64,000 nt of DNA from Eledone cirrhosa (lineage: Eukaryota), in assembly GCA_964016885.1 (NCBI GenBank), contig OZ024744.1:125488001-125552000 (forward strand), read 5' to 3'. Shown here in pieces: positions 13,210 through 25,871 of this stretch (positions within the stretch are counted from its first letter, which is position 1; every line of letters starts with the position of its first letter). Position numbers and translations under genes: made by a program. Below the pieces are notes generated by a model that saw only the letters and a list, made by a program, of their open reading frames with translations, did not search any database and had not been told where the DNA came from.

Positions 13210-13860
13210 GAATACAAGAAAAACAAGCAACTAAGAATATTAATCTCTTAAACCCTTCAAGATGTGTATGACAAGAAAGAAGACGTTTTAGAGTCGTATG
13301 ACATAGATGATAACTGGAAATTCTTACGTGACAACTTACTGCAGGCTACTGAAGAAACTTGTGGCTGGAGCAGAGCTCCGACCAGACAGAGAGTGACCTG
13401 GTGGTGGGACAACACGGTAGATAAGGCCATTAGAGACAAAAGACTAGCATGGAACACTTGAAAAAATGGTGGGAGTAGAGACCGATACACAGCTGCTAAG
13501 AGAGAAGCTAGACGTCAGATGTACTTAGCACGCACGGAGGCTGAGAGTAGGAGGTTTGCCAATGTTCTGTGATGGGAAGATCAGAGGCGTGCGGTGTTCC
13601 ACATTGCAAGGCATGGTGTCAGTGTAAATCAGGATGTTGTTGGAGATAAGTGTATCCGGAATGATGCCAGTGTACTTGGTGTCACGAATGATCAAAAAAA
13701 GGAGGCCTGGAAATATCATTATGAGAGGCTGATGAATTGTGGAGAATGAATGGGAGAGAGGGAAACTATCCCCAGTAGACCCAACAGAGGGACCAGCTAT
13801 TGAGATTGGGAAATATAGGGTACAAGAGGCAATTAAGGAAATGAAGAATGGCAAGGCTAC
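13210..13860 (+). mobile_element. Decayed RTE-clade LINE fragment (endonuclease-RT linker)
   Basis: WKFLRDNLLQATEETCGW..TWWWDNTVDKAIRDKRLAW and VQEAIKEMKNGKA, interrupted by stops and frameshifts. Confidence 0.75.
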
Positions 13861-14339
13861 ATTTAACCCTTTAGCATTTAAACCAGCCATACCTAGCCAG
13901 AATACTCTCACATCTTTCTGTTCAAACCAGCCATAACTGGCCACTCATACTGACGTTAAGGTATTGTTCTCAATATAAATAATATCAAAATCTCATAGAT
14001 TCGATATTATATGAGATAATTATGTAAGATAAAGCCTTTACCACAAAAATACAATAGTATATATAGAGTAATAAAAATGCTAAAGGGTAAAAGTAGCTTA
14101 TTATTTTGTGAGCTCTTGCTACTTATTGCTCTTGTGCATCAAGAACATACACAGCTTACATTTTGTTGCTAATCTCACTGAGATCCAACTACATCTCTTG
14201 TTTATCCATAGTTTGGAATTTCTACCTACTCCTTTCCTTTAGAATGATCAAGGCCATTTTCTTGTGGGGATCTAGGCCCTGTTTTCCTTTCTATTTTGCC
14301 AAGTTATCTTACATCACTTTCATTCTAGACCATGCTTCC

Positions 14340-16100
14340 AGGTTTGGAAGTTCTCCTCTAATTTTACCACAGATTAAGTGACAAGGGTTCAATCATGTGC
14401 ATACAGGAGTTCCCATGGACAGCCAGTAATATGTAATAGCCTGCAGGATGATAATAAACAGAAGAGGGTTAATTACAGAGCCCTGATAGAGGGTTAATAA
14501 CAGAGCCCTGATAGACTTGTTCACTCAACTCCTCACTATAGCCATCATTACTTTTAACCTTACTGACTGCTCCTCCATACATGGCTTTTACTGCTCTCAC
14601 AAGCCACTCATATACCCCTAGTTTTCTAAGTTATACACCAGATTAGGGAAGGGGGAAGTCTCACAGAAGCTCTCTCTGGGTCAACAAATGCCAAGTAGAG
14701 GGGCTTATTTTAGCTAGGTACTACTCTTGCAGTTGCCACACAAGGAAGAGGACATCAGTGGTACTTTTACCTGGCACAAATCCAAACTTCATCTCATCTA
14801 GGTTAACTTGGTCCCTAATCAGCTGTGTTATAAATCTAACACCTTCATGAAGTGGTCCATCTAATATCTCTATAGTTTTCTAGCTCTAGTACATCTCCTT
14901 TGCCCTTGTAGCAGTTGATGATGATGATACTACACCATTTATTTGGTATGACACCATTTTGTATTACATGCTGTACGATACCAGTGGTTAAGATGTGACC
15001 CACCATCCCAGATACTTTCAGTATCTCAGCAACTATCACCAATGGACAAGATACTTTCTCTGTCTTCATATCCTTAATTACCTTACTTCATATCCTTAAT
15101 TACCTTACTGCTTACTTGTATGGCTGGACCCTCTGTTGGGCCCACTTTCCGTAGACTATCTTCCTCCCATGCATTCTCCTCATTCAGTAATCTTTCATAA
15201 AGGCATTTCCATGTTACAAAGGTTGGCTGAAAAGTTCATAGACTATCAATGATAGCATGATGCTAGAGCTGTGAAATCTTGCCTGCATTAATTTCAACTC
15301 TTCTTATTAATAACTGCATTGTTTCCTTCCAGGGACTATGTTGAAAAATAAACCTCATTTGGTCATTCCATGAGTGTATCTTGGTCTGCCTATGAACTTT
15401 TCAGCTGACCCTATTCAGCATCAGTGAGCCCAAATGCCCCATTATCATCCTGGACACACTTTACCCCAACATCACAATTTGCCCTCACACACTGCCTCAC
15501 AATCCTGAACATCTCATGTATTTCATCCTCACATCATAAAACCAACTGAAATTATATATTCTCTGCTTCCCTCCTTGCAAAGAATACTTCTTGCCTAGCT
15601 TCCTGTAGTGTACCCTCCAGCTGCCTCCATTCTGCCATTATTCCATGCCTGTCTCTTGGCCTTAACTGTCTCATCTACCCTAGTGTTTCACCACCAAGAT
15701 ACTCTCCTCTCTGAAGCCCTGCTCCAGCCACAGATCTAGTTTGACACCTTCAGCAAAGGTTCTTTAAGGAACTCCCACTGTTCCCCTATATTGTATGTTT
15801 CTATTTGTTCTTCCTTACTGTTGTAAAGATCAAACAAAATATCTCTAAATTTGGAACTGGCTGAGGGGTCCTTTAACTTCCATATCCTTCTCCTCCAAGT
15901 TGCCCTCAGTCTTCAAGTTCATCTAAGTCTATGAAATCACTAACTACTGGGTTATGTTGGGAGGTGCATTCTTCCCCAGGGGGTGGGGATTGTGTGTTTA
16001 CAAATGTCAATATCTCATCTTCTGGTGAGGATAAAAATCTGACTGGCATGCTCCTCTGACCAATAGGTGTTGAAGTGGTTGTCGGGTAAACGTTAAGACC
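14340..16100 (-). mobile_element. Decayed RTE-clade LINE fragment (linker and RT N-half)
   Basis: GVIPNKWCSIIIINCYKGKGDVLELENYR RT domain-1 motif; homologous to the other RTE fragments in the window; many stops. Confidence 0.7.
15215..15415. mobile_element. Mariner-like MITE nested in the RTE fragment
   Basis: Imperfect terminal inverted repeats AAGGTTGGCTGAAAAGTTCATAG ... CTATGAACTTTTCAGCTGACCCT. Confidence 0.65.
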
Positions 16101-16121
16101 CTCTGATATACATATATATAT

Positions 16122-16370
16122 ATATACTAGCAGTGGTACCCGGCGTTGCACGGGATAACGTATTTCGGAACGCGGGCCGCCATCTTCCACTTCAGCCGGT
16201 CGCCCTAAAGTGTTGGCTATTCAGTCTACTTGAGGCCAGTTGGTGAGGGGGGGGTAAAGCTTTCAGTGTGCTACTACCCTCACGGTCAAATAGAAAGGGA
16301 GAGGAAGAAAAGTCAGCGTTAATATCGTGCTACACGTTTGAAAGGTTGGATGACCTTAGAGTTCACCAGG
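16122..16370 (+). mobile_element. Possible non-autonomous Helitron/Helentron-like fragment
   Basis: TATACTAGCAGTGGTACCCGGCGTTGCACGGG (ACTAG plus short CCCG..CGGG hairpin) next to (TA)n resembles such termini; the other end is not defined. Confidence 0.4.
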
Positions 16371-16479
16371 GTGGGGGGTTCTAAAAGTATCTATCTTGGT
16401 ATTTTATCTTAGAAGTAATCATTACAGAGTGTACTGGGTGTATTTTAGTGGGCAGTAATTCCATAAAGAACACAGTATA

Positions 16480-17260
16480 ATCTGTGGACACAAGCCTTGC
16501 AGTGTGATTACAGGCAGGTTAATGGGAAAGATAGATTATATATGTGACATGATGTACATGAGAAGTGAGGACACAGACCACACATGAAATAGATTCCTAC
16601 AACTGTCAGGGAGGCTCCCTAGAATTACAGATGACATATTTCAATATCTCGGTGATCAAGTTAGCAGTGGAGGAAGAATCTCTAAAAGTGTAATACCCAG
16701 GATAAGGACAGGCTGGAAGAAGTTTAGAGTACTGTTCCATCTGTTGACAACAAAGGGCTTCTCTCTCAGAATGGAGGCTAGACTGCTTGATACTTATGTG
16801 TGGTCTGCAATCTACACCCCAGCCATGCCCCTTCCACTACCACTCCTTAGCTATTTCTCTCCATTAATACTCCTCACATTTCAAGCAGTTTTCTCATCTC
16901 AATGAAAGAAAAATATTGGGCTCAAGAGAAGTCTTCAGTTATGCCATGGTGTGGCAACCTCCCTAGGGTTGGGCAGAGTGTAAATGAGAGTGAAATTAGG
17001 TATGAGAGGGATCATATGCAGTATACAAGAGAGTAGATTACATTGGTATGGTCATGTGATGGGTATAAAGGATGACAGCTGTATAAAAATGTGCTGGGCA
17101 ATCAAAGTTGATGGAAGTTATGAAGGCGGAAGACCCAGGATGACATGGGATGAGGTGATAAAAGATGACTTTGCACAATTGCAACTCTCAAAGACAATGA
17201 CACAGGATAGAGATCTTGAGATGTATGCAGCAATACAGAAGGCCTGCTTTCCAATGTGCA
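16480..17260 (+). mobile_element. Decayed RTE-clade LINE 3' fragment
   Basis: ESRLHWYGHVMG...GGRPRMTWDEVIKDD, a typical RTE C-terminus. Confidence 0.75.
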
Positions 17261-17351
17261 CGGACTCAAACATACATCTAGTAGGCCCCTCCTAACCACT
17301 ATACTCCTTTCCAAACTCCCACACTCCCACTTCTGTACACACCACCTTTAG

Positions 17352-18060
17352 ACTGTAAAGTGGTAGTGTACAAGTCACAACAAAAGCACCCAGTCCACTC
17401 TGTAAAGTTGATGTGTTGGTGTCATAACAAAAGGCACTCAGTCCACTCTGTAAAGAGGTTGTGTAAGTGTCACAACAAAGACATCTAGTCCACACTGTAA
17501 AGTGGTCATGTAGGTGTCACAACAAAAAGTACCAGTCATTATTGTAAAGTGGTTGTATAGGTGTCATAACAAAAAGCACCCAGTCGACACTGTAAAGTGG
17601 TTGTGTAGGTGTCAGAACCAAAAGCACCCAGTCCACACTGTAAAGTGGTTGTGTAGGTGTCATGACAAAAAGCACCTAGTCCACACTGTAAAGTGGTCAT
17701 GCAGGTGTCATGACAAAAAGCACCCAGTCCTCACTGTAAAGTGGTCATGTAGGTGTCATGTCAAAAAGCACCCAGTCCACCCTGTAAAGTGGTTGTGTAG
17801 GTGTCATGATAAAAAGCACCCAGTCCACACAGTAAAGTGGTCATGTAGGTGTCACTAAAAAAGCACCCAGTCTACTCTGTAAAGTGGTCATGTAGGTGTC
17901 ATGACAAATAGCACCCAGTCCACCCTGTAAAGTGTTCATGTAGGTGTCATGACGGAGAGTAACCAGTCCACAATGTAAAGTAGCCATGTAGCTGTCACAA
18001 CAAAGCACCCAGTCCACACTGTAAAGTGGTCATGTAGGTGTCATTTCAAAAAGCACCCAG
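17352..18060 (+). repeat. 48-bp minisatellite (~15 units)
   Basis: GTCATGACAAAAAGCACCCAGTCCACACTGTAAAGTGGTCATGTAGGT repeated; 16-aa periodicity in ORF 17514-17858. Confidence 0.92.
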
Positions 18061-18250
18061 GTCCATGGCTTGGCCTGCTAACCGACGCTATACCCAAGTC
18101 GGTCGCCATGCTTTCCAGCATAGAGTTACGTCTCTTTATGGTCTGAGTTCAAATCACGCCGAGGTTAACTTTGCCTTTCATCCTTACGGGGTCGATAAAA
18201 TAAAGCACCAGTAATGTACTGGGGTCGATTTAATCGACTTTCCCCTCCTC
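18060..18250 (+). mobile_element. tRNA-derived SINE (octopus-type)
   Basis: B-box-like GAGTTCAAATC followed by core TTTGCCTTTCATCC..GGGGTCGATAAAATAAAG.ACCAGT..ACTGGGGTCGAT; at least five related copies per unit. Confidence 0.75.
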
Positions 18251-18290
18251 TGCCAAATGACACACACATGCATGGTTCGGGGGAACCTAC

Positions 18291-18336
<46 letters not shown>

Positions 18337-19215
18337 GTAGGTCACTGGTTGAGTCGGTATTAACCACAGTAACTAAGGTACTCAATACATATTAGATATA
18401 GGTGTCTTTCTAATTGCTGGCCTTGTTCATAAGGTATACACAAGTATGATGTGTGTCTGTTTAACTGTACGTGTGAAAACATCGCGAAATTGCGCCTTTT
18501 AATATTTGAATATAAACAGTTAAAAAATAATTATTTTAGTAATTTTTAAATATCGATAATGTGTATATAAATATTAGAAATCAATTTAATTAGTTCAGTA
18601 ACATTACTCGGAGTTAAGATAAACCTTCATTTGAAGAAATTCGAGATTTGACCAAATAAATAGATTATGTGATCAATAAAAAAAATATGTATACGCGCTT
18701 GAACGACGGGTTGCAGACAGTCAGGCATACAGACACATATTTTAAAGCGTGCGACGTTAAAAGTGTTACTCTCTCTCTTTTTAGATAGATAGACTTAATT
18801 AAAGCAGTTTCACTCTCTCTATATTTCATCAGCTCCCTCTCTCTTAAATTGAAAGATTCATTAAGGCTGAAATAATCTAAACAGTAACATCATATTTCGC
18901 CAGCTCTAGCTTGCGTCCAGAGATATACACACACATATATATATATTTTTTTTGTTATCGAGTTGAGCTTTGCCAAGCATAGAATTCCAAATTTGACCAT
19001 CTCCACTGAAAATGTTCGTGAAATAGTCTTTAAGAAGCAATTTAATTTTTTCCAACTGAAACTGTAAGTATTTTAAAATTTATTTCAACATGGTCTTAAA
19101 AGATTGTTGGCTTTTTTTAAATTCATAACTATTTACTATGAAATATAAATTATTAAATCCAATTTATTTGATAACCATGATTTGATTTTATAATTACCTG
19201 AATCACGTTAACATG

Positions 19216-19256
<41 letters not shown>

Positions 19257-19328
19257 GTGTGTGTATATATATATATATATAATAATTGTTTCTACGTTAC
19301 GCAGTGTATTACTGGTACTGTATTTTAC

Positions 19329-19402
19329 GATATTAAATATTAAATATTAACTATTAGATATTAAATATTAAATATTAGATATTAGATATTAAATATTAAA
19401 TA
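19329..19402. repeat. (TATTAAA/TATTAGA)n 7-bp repeat
   Basis: Directly visible. Confidence 0.8.
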
Positions 19403-19509
19403 TGATATCCCTGAAATATATATAATGAAATAAATATGGTTTTATAAATGTAATTTCCATTTGTTTAATATCAAATATATATATATATATATATATGTAT
19501 TTATGTATA

Positions 19510-19609
<100 letters not shown>

Positions 19610-19835
19610 GCAGACACAGACACAGAATATCGTATATATCACACACACACAATTAAGACTTGACGTGTTGCAGACAGCCAGACATACAGAGAGATATTTT
19701 AAAGCGTGCGACCTTACATGCCTTACTCTTTCTCTTATCAAAAGAGAAAGAGTAATGCTAACACTTACGTCTACTTCACGCTCTCTTGAACCGTTACAGA
19801 AATTGCATCACATCTAATTATAACTTTGTACGTTT

Positions 19836-20475
<640 letters not shown>

Positions 20476-20476
<1 letters not shown>

Positions 20477-23400
20477 ATAATAATAATAATAATGAAATGA
20501 TTGTGTACAGTGCTCAGGTGCACTACAACTCATCAAAGGTGCATGTGTATGGAAGGGGCACATCAGGTGTAGTTTTGGCGTATTTCGGGAAGCATGAGTG
20601 TCTTAAAGGATGCAGTGTCTCGGCAGCTAACAATTGACGCAGGCAGTTTGTTCCATGTTTCAGCAACTCTGAGCGTGAAAAAATGTCTGCGAAAGTCATG
20701 GGAGCTGTGCTGTTTTCTTATCTTGTAGGCATGTCCACGTGTGTTAGACACATGGAGATCAAAGAGGCGCTCAGGGTTGCAGTTGGCGAGATGGTTAAAA
20801 ACTTTGTGGGTATTCACCAAGTCCACTGCCAGATGTCGGAGCTTCAATGAATCCATGCCCAGGGAAGCAAGGCGTTCAGAGTATGGTAGGTGTCTGATGG
20901 AGGGTATGCGCTTGGTTGCACGTCTCTGAACAGCTTCCAGGAGGTCAATGTTCCGAGCAAGATAGGGGTTCCAGACTGATGATGCGAATTCCAAGTGTGG
21001 TCGCACCATAGCTGTATACAGTTTTAAATAGATGGCTGGAGAGCGGCTAACAAAGGTCTTGCTGAGTGATGCCAAGACACCCTCGGCCTTCTTGACAATC
21101 TTAGAGACATGCTTTGTCCAACGCAAATCGTTGCCGACAGTAATGCCCAGGTCACGTTCACAAGAGGACTTTTTGATGTCAGTGTTGTGGAGGGAGTATG
21201 TGGACGCTGGATTTTTCCTTCCAAAATGCATGGTGGTACACTTGTCCACAGCCAGCTTCAGTTGCCAGTCTGTGATCCATTGCTGCATTGTGTCCAGGTC
21301 TGATTTTAGGAAAGAGTTGTAAATTTCAGGATCAGTCCTTTTGATTTCAAGGTACAGCTTGATGTCATCTGCATATTTTAGTACCGTGGCATTCTGTAAG
21401 TTGGCATCTATGTCATTAATATATGCCACAAACAAAAGAGGACCAAGAACAGATCCCTGTGGTACACCAGATGACATCTCATATGGTGAAGAATGCTGTC
21501 CTAGAACCGTGACTACTTTCCTTCGGCTGAGAATGAAGGATTTCAGCCAGTCGAAAAGATCATCCCTCACACCCATTGCAGAGAGTTTTGCCATAAGTCT
21601 TTTGTGTGGCACAGAATTAAAAGCCTTAGCAAAGTCAAGGTAAACAACATCCACCCATGAGCCGCTGTCAGTGATCCGGGTGATGTCCTCAAGGAACTCG
21701 ATAAGCTGATCACAGCAGCTGGAGTTAGGGATAAATCCAAACTGTGAGGGCCGGATGAGGCTGTGAGAGCTCCAGAAGTTCCAAAGTGTTTCTCTGACAC
21801 AGGATTCCATCAGTTTGGCCATACAGCTAGTAAGACTGACTGGACGATAGTTGACAGGTGACATGCGGTTGCCCTTTTTGAACAGGGGAATGACACTGGC
21901 AGTTTTCCACTGCTCCGGAGTAGCACCATTGCTGAGACAGTATTGAAAGAAAAAAGAAAGCTGGCGCAAAAGGAAATCCCCGCCACGTTTGAGAAGCAGG
22001 TATGTCACACCATCAAGACCAGGGGAGGCATAGTTGCGCTTATTCTTAAGGTGACGTCGCAACATTGCAGGTGTAAATTCCATAGTTGTTATGGAATTTG
22101 ATGTTAGAGATGGTGGAGATGGTACATTCTGGTTTTCAACAGTAAAAATACTTGCATAGCACTCAGCAATGAGTTCTGCGCATTCCTTGGGATCGTCAGT
22201 GATCTGGCTTGTGTGGGGATTGCGAAGAGGACCAACTGGAGAGTGAGGTCTCTGCTTTGAATGAACATATTTCCAGAACACCTTACTGTCAGGATTGGTT
22301 GCGATGCACTGTTCAAATTCAAGCACTGCCTTCTTTGTCACTTGCTTGAGATGGTTAGAAGATTTATTCCGCTTTTTTCTGTTGGCATCTGATCTATGCA
22401 GTTTATATTCCCGTTCAGCGTTCCGACGTTCTTTCCTGGCAAGTCGGACTGCTGAAGTTTCCCAGATTGCACTTTTGGGGTGGTTATTTTTCCGCTTCCG
22501 TGGCACTGATGCTGCACACGCTATCCATATTGAGTCCAGGATGCTCTGGAGTATAGAGTTCACATCTCCAGAGTTATACATCTCATGCCAGTTTGGGCGC
22601 TGTAGCTCAGTGCAGTACAAGTTCCAATCCGCCCTCTTCCAATCAAAGCAAGCAGATTGGAGATGGCTCTGGTTTTTGTTGCTGCCCTCAAGTGCCAGAT
22701 TGGCAATGATCATAGCATGATCAGAGTCGCCTAGAGGTTCCTCAGTAGTACAACTGATAACCACTTCAGGAGTAGTGGTGAAGATCAGGTCCAAAGTGTT
22801 GTCACCTCTTGTTGGAGAGGTGACTACTTGTGACCAGTTTGAGTCCAGCACTAGTTCAAGGAAATCGTTTGCACCCTGTGGCCAACGAAAGGTTTCCCAA
22901 TCGATCTCAGGATGATTGAAGTCACCTGCAATAAACACATAAGTGGCTGTTTTCTTGGCAGCAACTCTGAGGATATCGCAAAGCTGTGTGTCCTGATGGT
23001 AGTTTGGGGGGCGATAAACAACACCAAGCAGAAGTGTTGACATGGTCATACGTATGTCACAGAAAAAAACTTCTTCCTGTGATTCGTTCAAATCAACGCA
23101 AGGAATTACCGAAAAGTTTGAACGAACGTAGACCATCACACCACCACCACGGCGGTTAATGCGGTCCTTGCGGAAAAGGTTGTACCCAGTAATGGTGAAA
23201 ACCCCATCACAGAGTAAGGAATGTGCCCATGTTTCCGTGACTGTGATGAAGTCAGGGTCGATGCTTCTGACGTAGGATTCGAACAGATGTATCTTGTTGC
23301 ATAAACTGCGAGCATTTAAGGACAACAATTTGTACCCTGCTCGCAGTCTATGATGGTGTGTAGAGGGTGGCAGGTTGTTCTGGTTTAGTTTCCCAGAGTT

Positions 23401-23540
23401 GTAGCAGTTTTTACATTGCCAGTTATTGTGGGTAGATCACACTCAGACCAGCTGGTATCTCTCTTCCACGTTTCACCCGCCTTGACAAACCTCCAGATCT
23501 GCCCATCATCACGCAGACTGAAACTTTCATCTTGTGCTGT
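20476..23540 (-). mobile_element. 5'-truncated CR1-type LINE: ORF1 C-terminus, intact ORF2, short 3' UTR, (ATT)n tail; copy 1
   Basis: Unique sequence between two blocks of the same microsatellite; 3' tail seen as (AAT)n at 20476-20493 on +; ORF1 remnant 23385-23540. Confidence 0.9.
20563..23328 (-). CDS. LINE ORF2: apurinic-like endonuclease plus reverse transcriptase (CR1 group), 921 aa, non-ATG start
   Basis: APE motifs LNARS, TETW, YRPP, AGDFN, LDL, SDH; RT motifs NYRPVSLTS, QFGF, YLDFAKAF, GVPQGSVLGP, YADD, DLG; CR1-type C-terminus TRGH..K, FFTLRV..WNKLP. Confidence 0.95.
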   Translation of the reverse strand: MLSLNARSLCNKIHLFESYVRSIDPDFITVTETWAHSLLCDGVFTITGYNLFRKDRINRRGGGVMVYVRSNFSVIPCVDLNESQEEVFFCDIRMTMSTLLLGVVYRPPNYHQDTQLCDILRVAAKKTATYVFIAGDFNHPEIDWETFRWPQGANDFLELVLDSNWSQVVTSPTRGDNTLDLIFTTTPEVVISCTTEEPLGDSDHAMIIANLALEGSNKNQSHLQSACFDWKRADWNLYCTELQRPNWHEMYNSGDVNSILQSILDSIWIACAASVPRKRKNNHPKSAIWETSAVRLARKERRNAEREYKLHRSDANRKKRNKSSNHLKQVTKKAVLEFEQCIATNPDSKVFWKYVHSKQRPHSPVGPLRNPHTSQITDDPKECAELIAECYASIFTVENQNVPSPPSLTSNSITTMEFTPAMLRRHLKNKRNYASPGLDGVTYLLLKRGGDFLLRQLSFFFQYCLSNGATPEQWKTASVIPLFKKGNRMSPVNYRPVSLTSCMAKLMESCVRETLWNFWSSHSLIRPSQFGFIPNSSCCDQLIEFLEDITRITDSGSWVDVVYLDFAKAFNSVPHKRLMAKLSAMGVRDDLFDWLKSFILSRRKVVTVLGQHSSPYEMSSGVPQGSVLGPLLFVAYINDIDANLQNATVLKYADDIKLYLEIKRTDPEIYNSFLKSDLDTMQQWITDWQLKLAVDKCTTMHFGRKNPASTYSLHNTDIKKSSCERDLGITVGNDLRWTKHVSKIVKKAEGVLASLSKTFVSRSPAIYLKLYTAMVRPHLEFASSVWNPYLARNIDLLEAVQRRATKRIPSIRHLPYSERLASLGMDSLKLRHLAVDLVNTHKVFNHLANCNPERLFDLHVSNTRGHAYKIRKQHSSHDFRRHFFTLRVAETWNKLPASIVSCRDTASFKTLMLPEIRQNYT

Positions 23541-23606
23541 ATATATATATATATACACACGTGTGTGTGTATTTATGTATATATATATATATATATACAC
23601 ACACAC

Positions 23607-23648
<42 letters not shown>

Positions 23649-23765
23649 GTGTGTGTGTGTATATATATTTATATATATATACACACACGTGTGTGTGTAT
23701 ATATATATATATATATACACGTGTGTGTGTATTTATATATATATATATATACACACACACGTGTG

Positions 23766-23796
<31 letters not shown>

Positions 23797-23817
23797 GTGT
23801 GTGTATATATATATATC
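23540..23817. repeat. Compound (TA)n-(CA)nCG(TG)n microsatellite, right flank of LINE
   Basis: Same motif as 19836-20476. Confidence 0.95.
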
Positions 23818-24177
23818 TGTCTCTCTCCCTGTCTCTCACTCTCCCTCTATCCCCCCTCTCTCTCTCTCTCTGTCTCTCTCTCCCCCCCCCCCCTCTCTCT
23901 CTAGTAGTAGAGAGAGACAAAGAGAGAGAGATATAAACGTATAACCCTAACCAAACCCTAACCCCAACCCTAACCCTAACCTAACCCTAACCCATCTCTC
24001 TCTCTCTCTCACCCCCTCTCTCTCTCTCTAGTAGTAGAGAGAGAGACAAAGAGAGAGAGAGATATAAACGTATAACCCTAACCCAACCCTAACCTCTCTC
24101 TCTCTTCTCTCTCTCTCTCTCCCCTCTCTCTCTCTATTCCCCCCTCTCTATTCCCCCCCCCCCCTCTCTCTAGTAGT

Positions 24178-24208
<31 letters not shown>

Positions 24209-24292
24209 TATAAACGTATAACCCTAACCCAACCCTAACCCTAACCCAACCCCAACCCTAACCCATCTCTCTCTCTCTCTCTCTCTCTCTCT
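23818..24292 (+). repeat. Three ~125-150 bp units of (CT)n-AGTAGT-(AG)n plus (CCCTAA)-like telomeric repeats
   Basis: CTCTCTAGTAGTAGAGAGAGAC..GATATAAACGTATAACCCTAACC occurs three times. Confidence 0.85.
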
Positions 24293-24429
24293 TTGTTTTT
24301 AACATTGTTTTGTTTTTCTTTTCTTTTCTTATTCAGATGACAAACGGCAGAGGATACAACAGAAGAAAAGAACAAAGATAATTATTATTATTATTACTAT
24401 TATTATTTGTTTTATTATAATCAAAATAT

Positions 24430-25020
24430 GCTGTTAGTTAGATCTGCATTGCGTACATTTTATATAATTTATGCCAGTTCCTTTTCTGCATATCGAACAT
24501 GGCCATTTCCCTGACGGAATAGAGTTTTGTCCTCTTTCGTGACACAAAGTACAGCCAGCGGCATCATTGCGGACAGACTTAATCCCGAATTGCACTGACA
24601 CACTGCCTCGCAATACGGAACACCGCACGTCTTTGATCTTCTTCCCGTCGATCAGCCTCCTTGCCATGCTAAGTACACCTGACGTCTAGCTTCTCTCTTA
24701 GCGGCGGCTTTATATTCTTCTCTACTCCCACTAATTTTCCAAGCATTCCATGCTAGCCTTTAGTCTCCAATGGCCCGATCTACCGTGCTGTCCCACCACC
24801 ATGTCACTCTCTGTCTGGTTGGAACTCTGATCCAGCCACAAGTTTAATCAGTAGCCTGCAATAAGTTGTCACATAAGAAAATCGAGTTCTCATGTATGTC
24901 ATACGACTGTGAATCGTCTTCTTTTTCGTCATACACATATTGAAGGGCTTTCCTAAATTTCTATTTTAGTGAAATCTCTTTTAGCTTCCAGACCTTTCTT
25001 TTTTCCACATCTTCCTGTAT
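24430..25020 (-). mobile_element. Rearranged RTE-clade LINE fragments
   Basis: SGKWPCSICRKG Cys-rich motif joined to linker sequence homologous to 13240-13660. Confidence 0.7.
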
Positions 25021-25199
25021 GTCTCAATCATACCTGGAGCTGTCCAACATGACCATTGAAATCCCCTGCTAGCATAACGATGTCTCCGTCCTGTCATTGT
25101 GGCTGTTTGTAAAAATTGCTTGTAAATGAAGTCTTTCTTTTCTTTACCTAGCAGAAGCAATTAACACTAACCCAACTGTAACACTAACCCTAACACTAA

Positions 25200-25470
25200 C
25201 TTATGCAGGCCTAGGTAAAGACAAGAAAGATAAAACAAGGAGTGATGCTTCTTGAATTTTGTGATGCAAGTGTTTTAACCATTTGCAAAACCAACTTCCA
25301 CAAACCTGCCTCACTGCCGCCTAATAACCTACAAATCAGGCAAGCACAGAAGCCGGATTTCTCGGTAGTTAGGCAGCGAGACAGACAGATGGGGTGTGAA
25401 GTACCAGGGTGTGCCCCGGGGAGGAATGTTTCCCACAGCGTGGGTTGGTTGTTGGTGATGTCTCGGTTAT
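25200..25470 (+). mobile_element. Decayed LINE APE endonuclease fragment (RTE-like)
   Basis: LLEFCDASVLTICKTNFHKP resembles the LLEF..L...NT.F.K motif of RTE endonucleases. Confidence 0.5.
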
Positions 25471-25871
25471 CTTGAGACGGAGTGAGACGTGCAGGAATAC
25501 TCTCACGGAATCGCCAAATGAGGTTTATTTTTCAACATAGTCCCTGGAATGAAACAATGTGGTTATTAAGAAGAATTGAAATTAATGTAAGATTTCACAG
25601 ATCTATGATCAATCCTTCACAGTCAGCTTACAAAGTTTTCAGCCAAACCTTGTGTATTTCCAACATTTCAAACCCTATCTAGGACTACATTATCTAATGT
25701 ACAGTACAGTAGTTAGTATTAGTGGCTATCAGACATAGTGTATCTAAATGCAACATTTTTAACATTGTTTTTTTTTTCTTTTCTTTTCTTTTCTTATTCA
25801 GATGACAGACGGCAGAGGATACAATAGAAGAAAAGAACAATGATAATTATTATTATTATTATTGTTGTTAT

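Noticed and set aside
17514-17858. His/Cys-rich repeat protein
   Set aside because: Translation of the 48-bp minisatellite; neighbouring units contain stops.
18140-18165. tRNA gene
   Set aside because: Only a B-box-like motif within a SINE; no cloverleaf evident.
20563-23328. rDNA-specific R1/R2 element, telomerase or prokaryotic RT (retron, DGR)
   Set aside because: APE plus RT with a CR1-type C-terminus, inserted in a microsatellite rather than a 28S target site.
23940-24265. True chromosome end
   Set aside because: Short, degenerate, interstitial CCCTAA tracts embedded in a local triplication.
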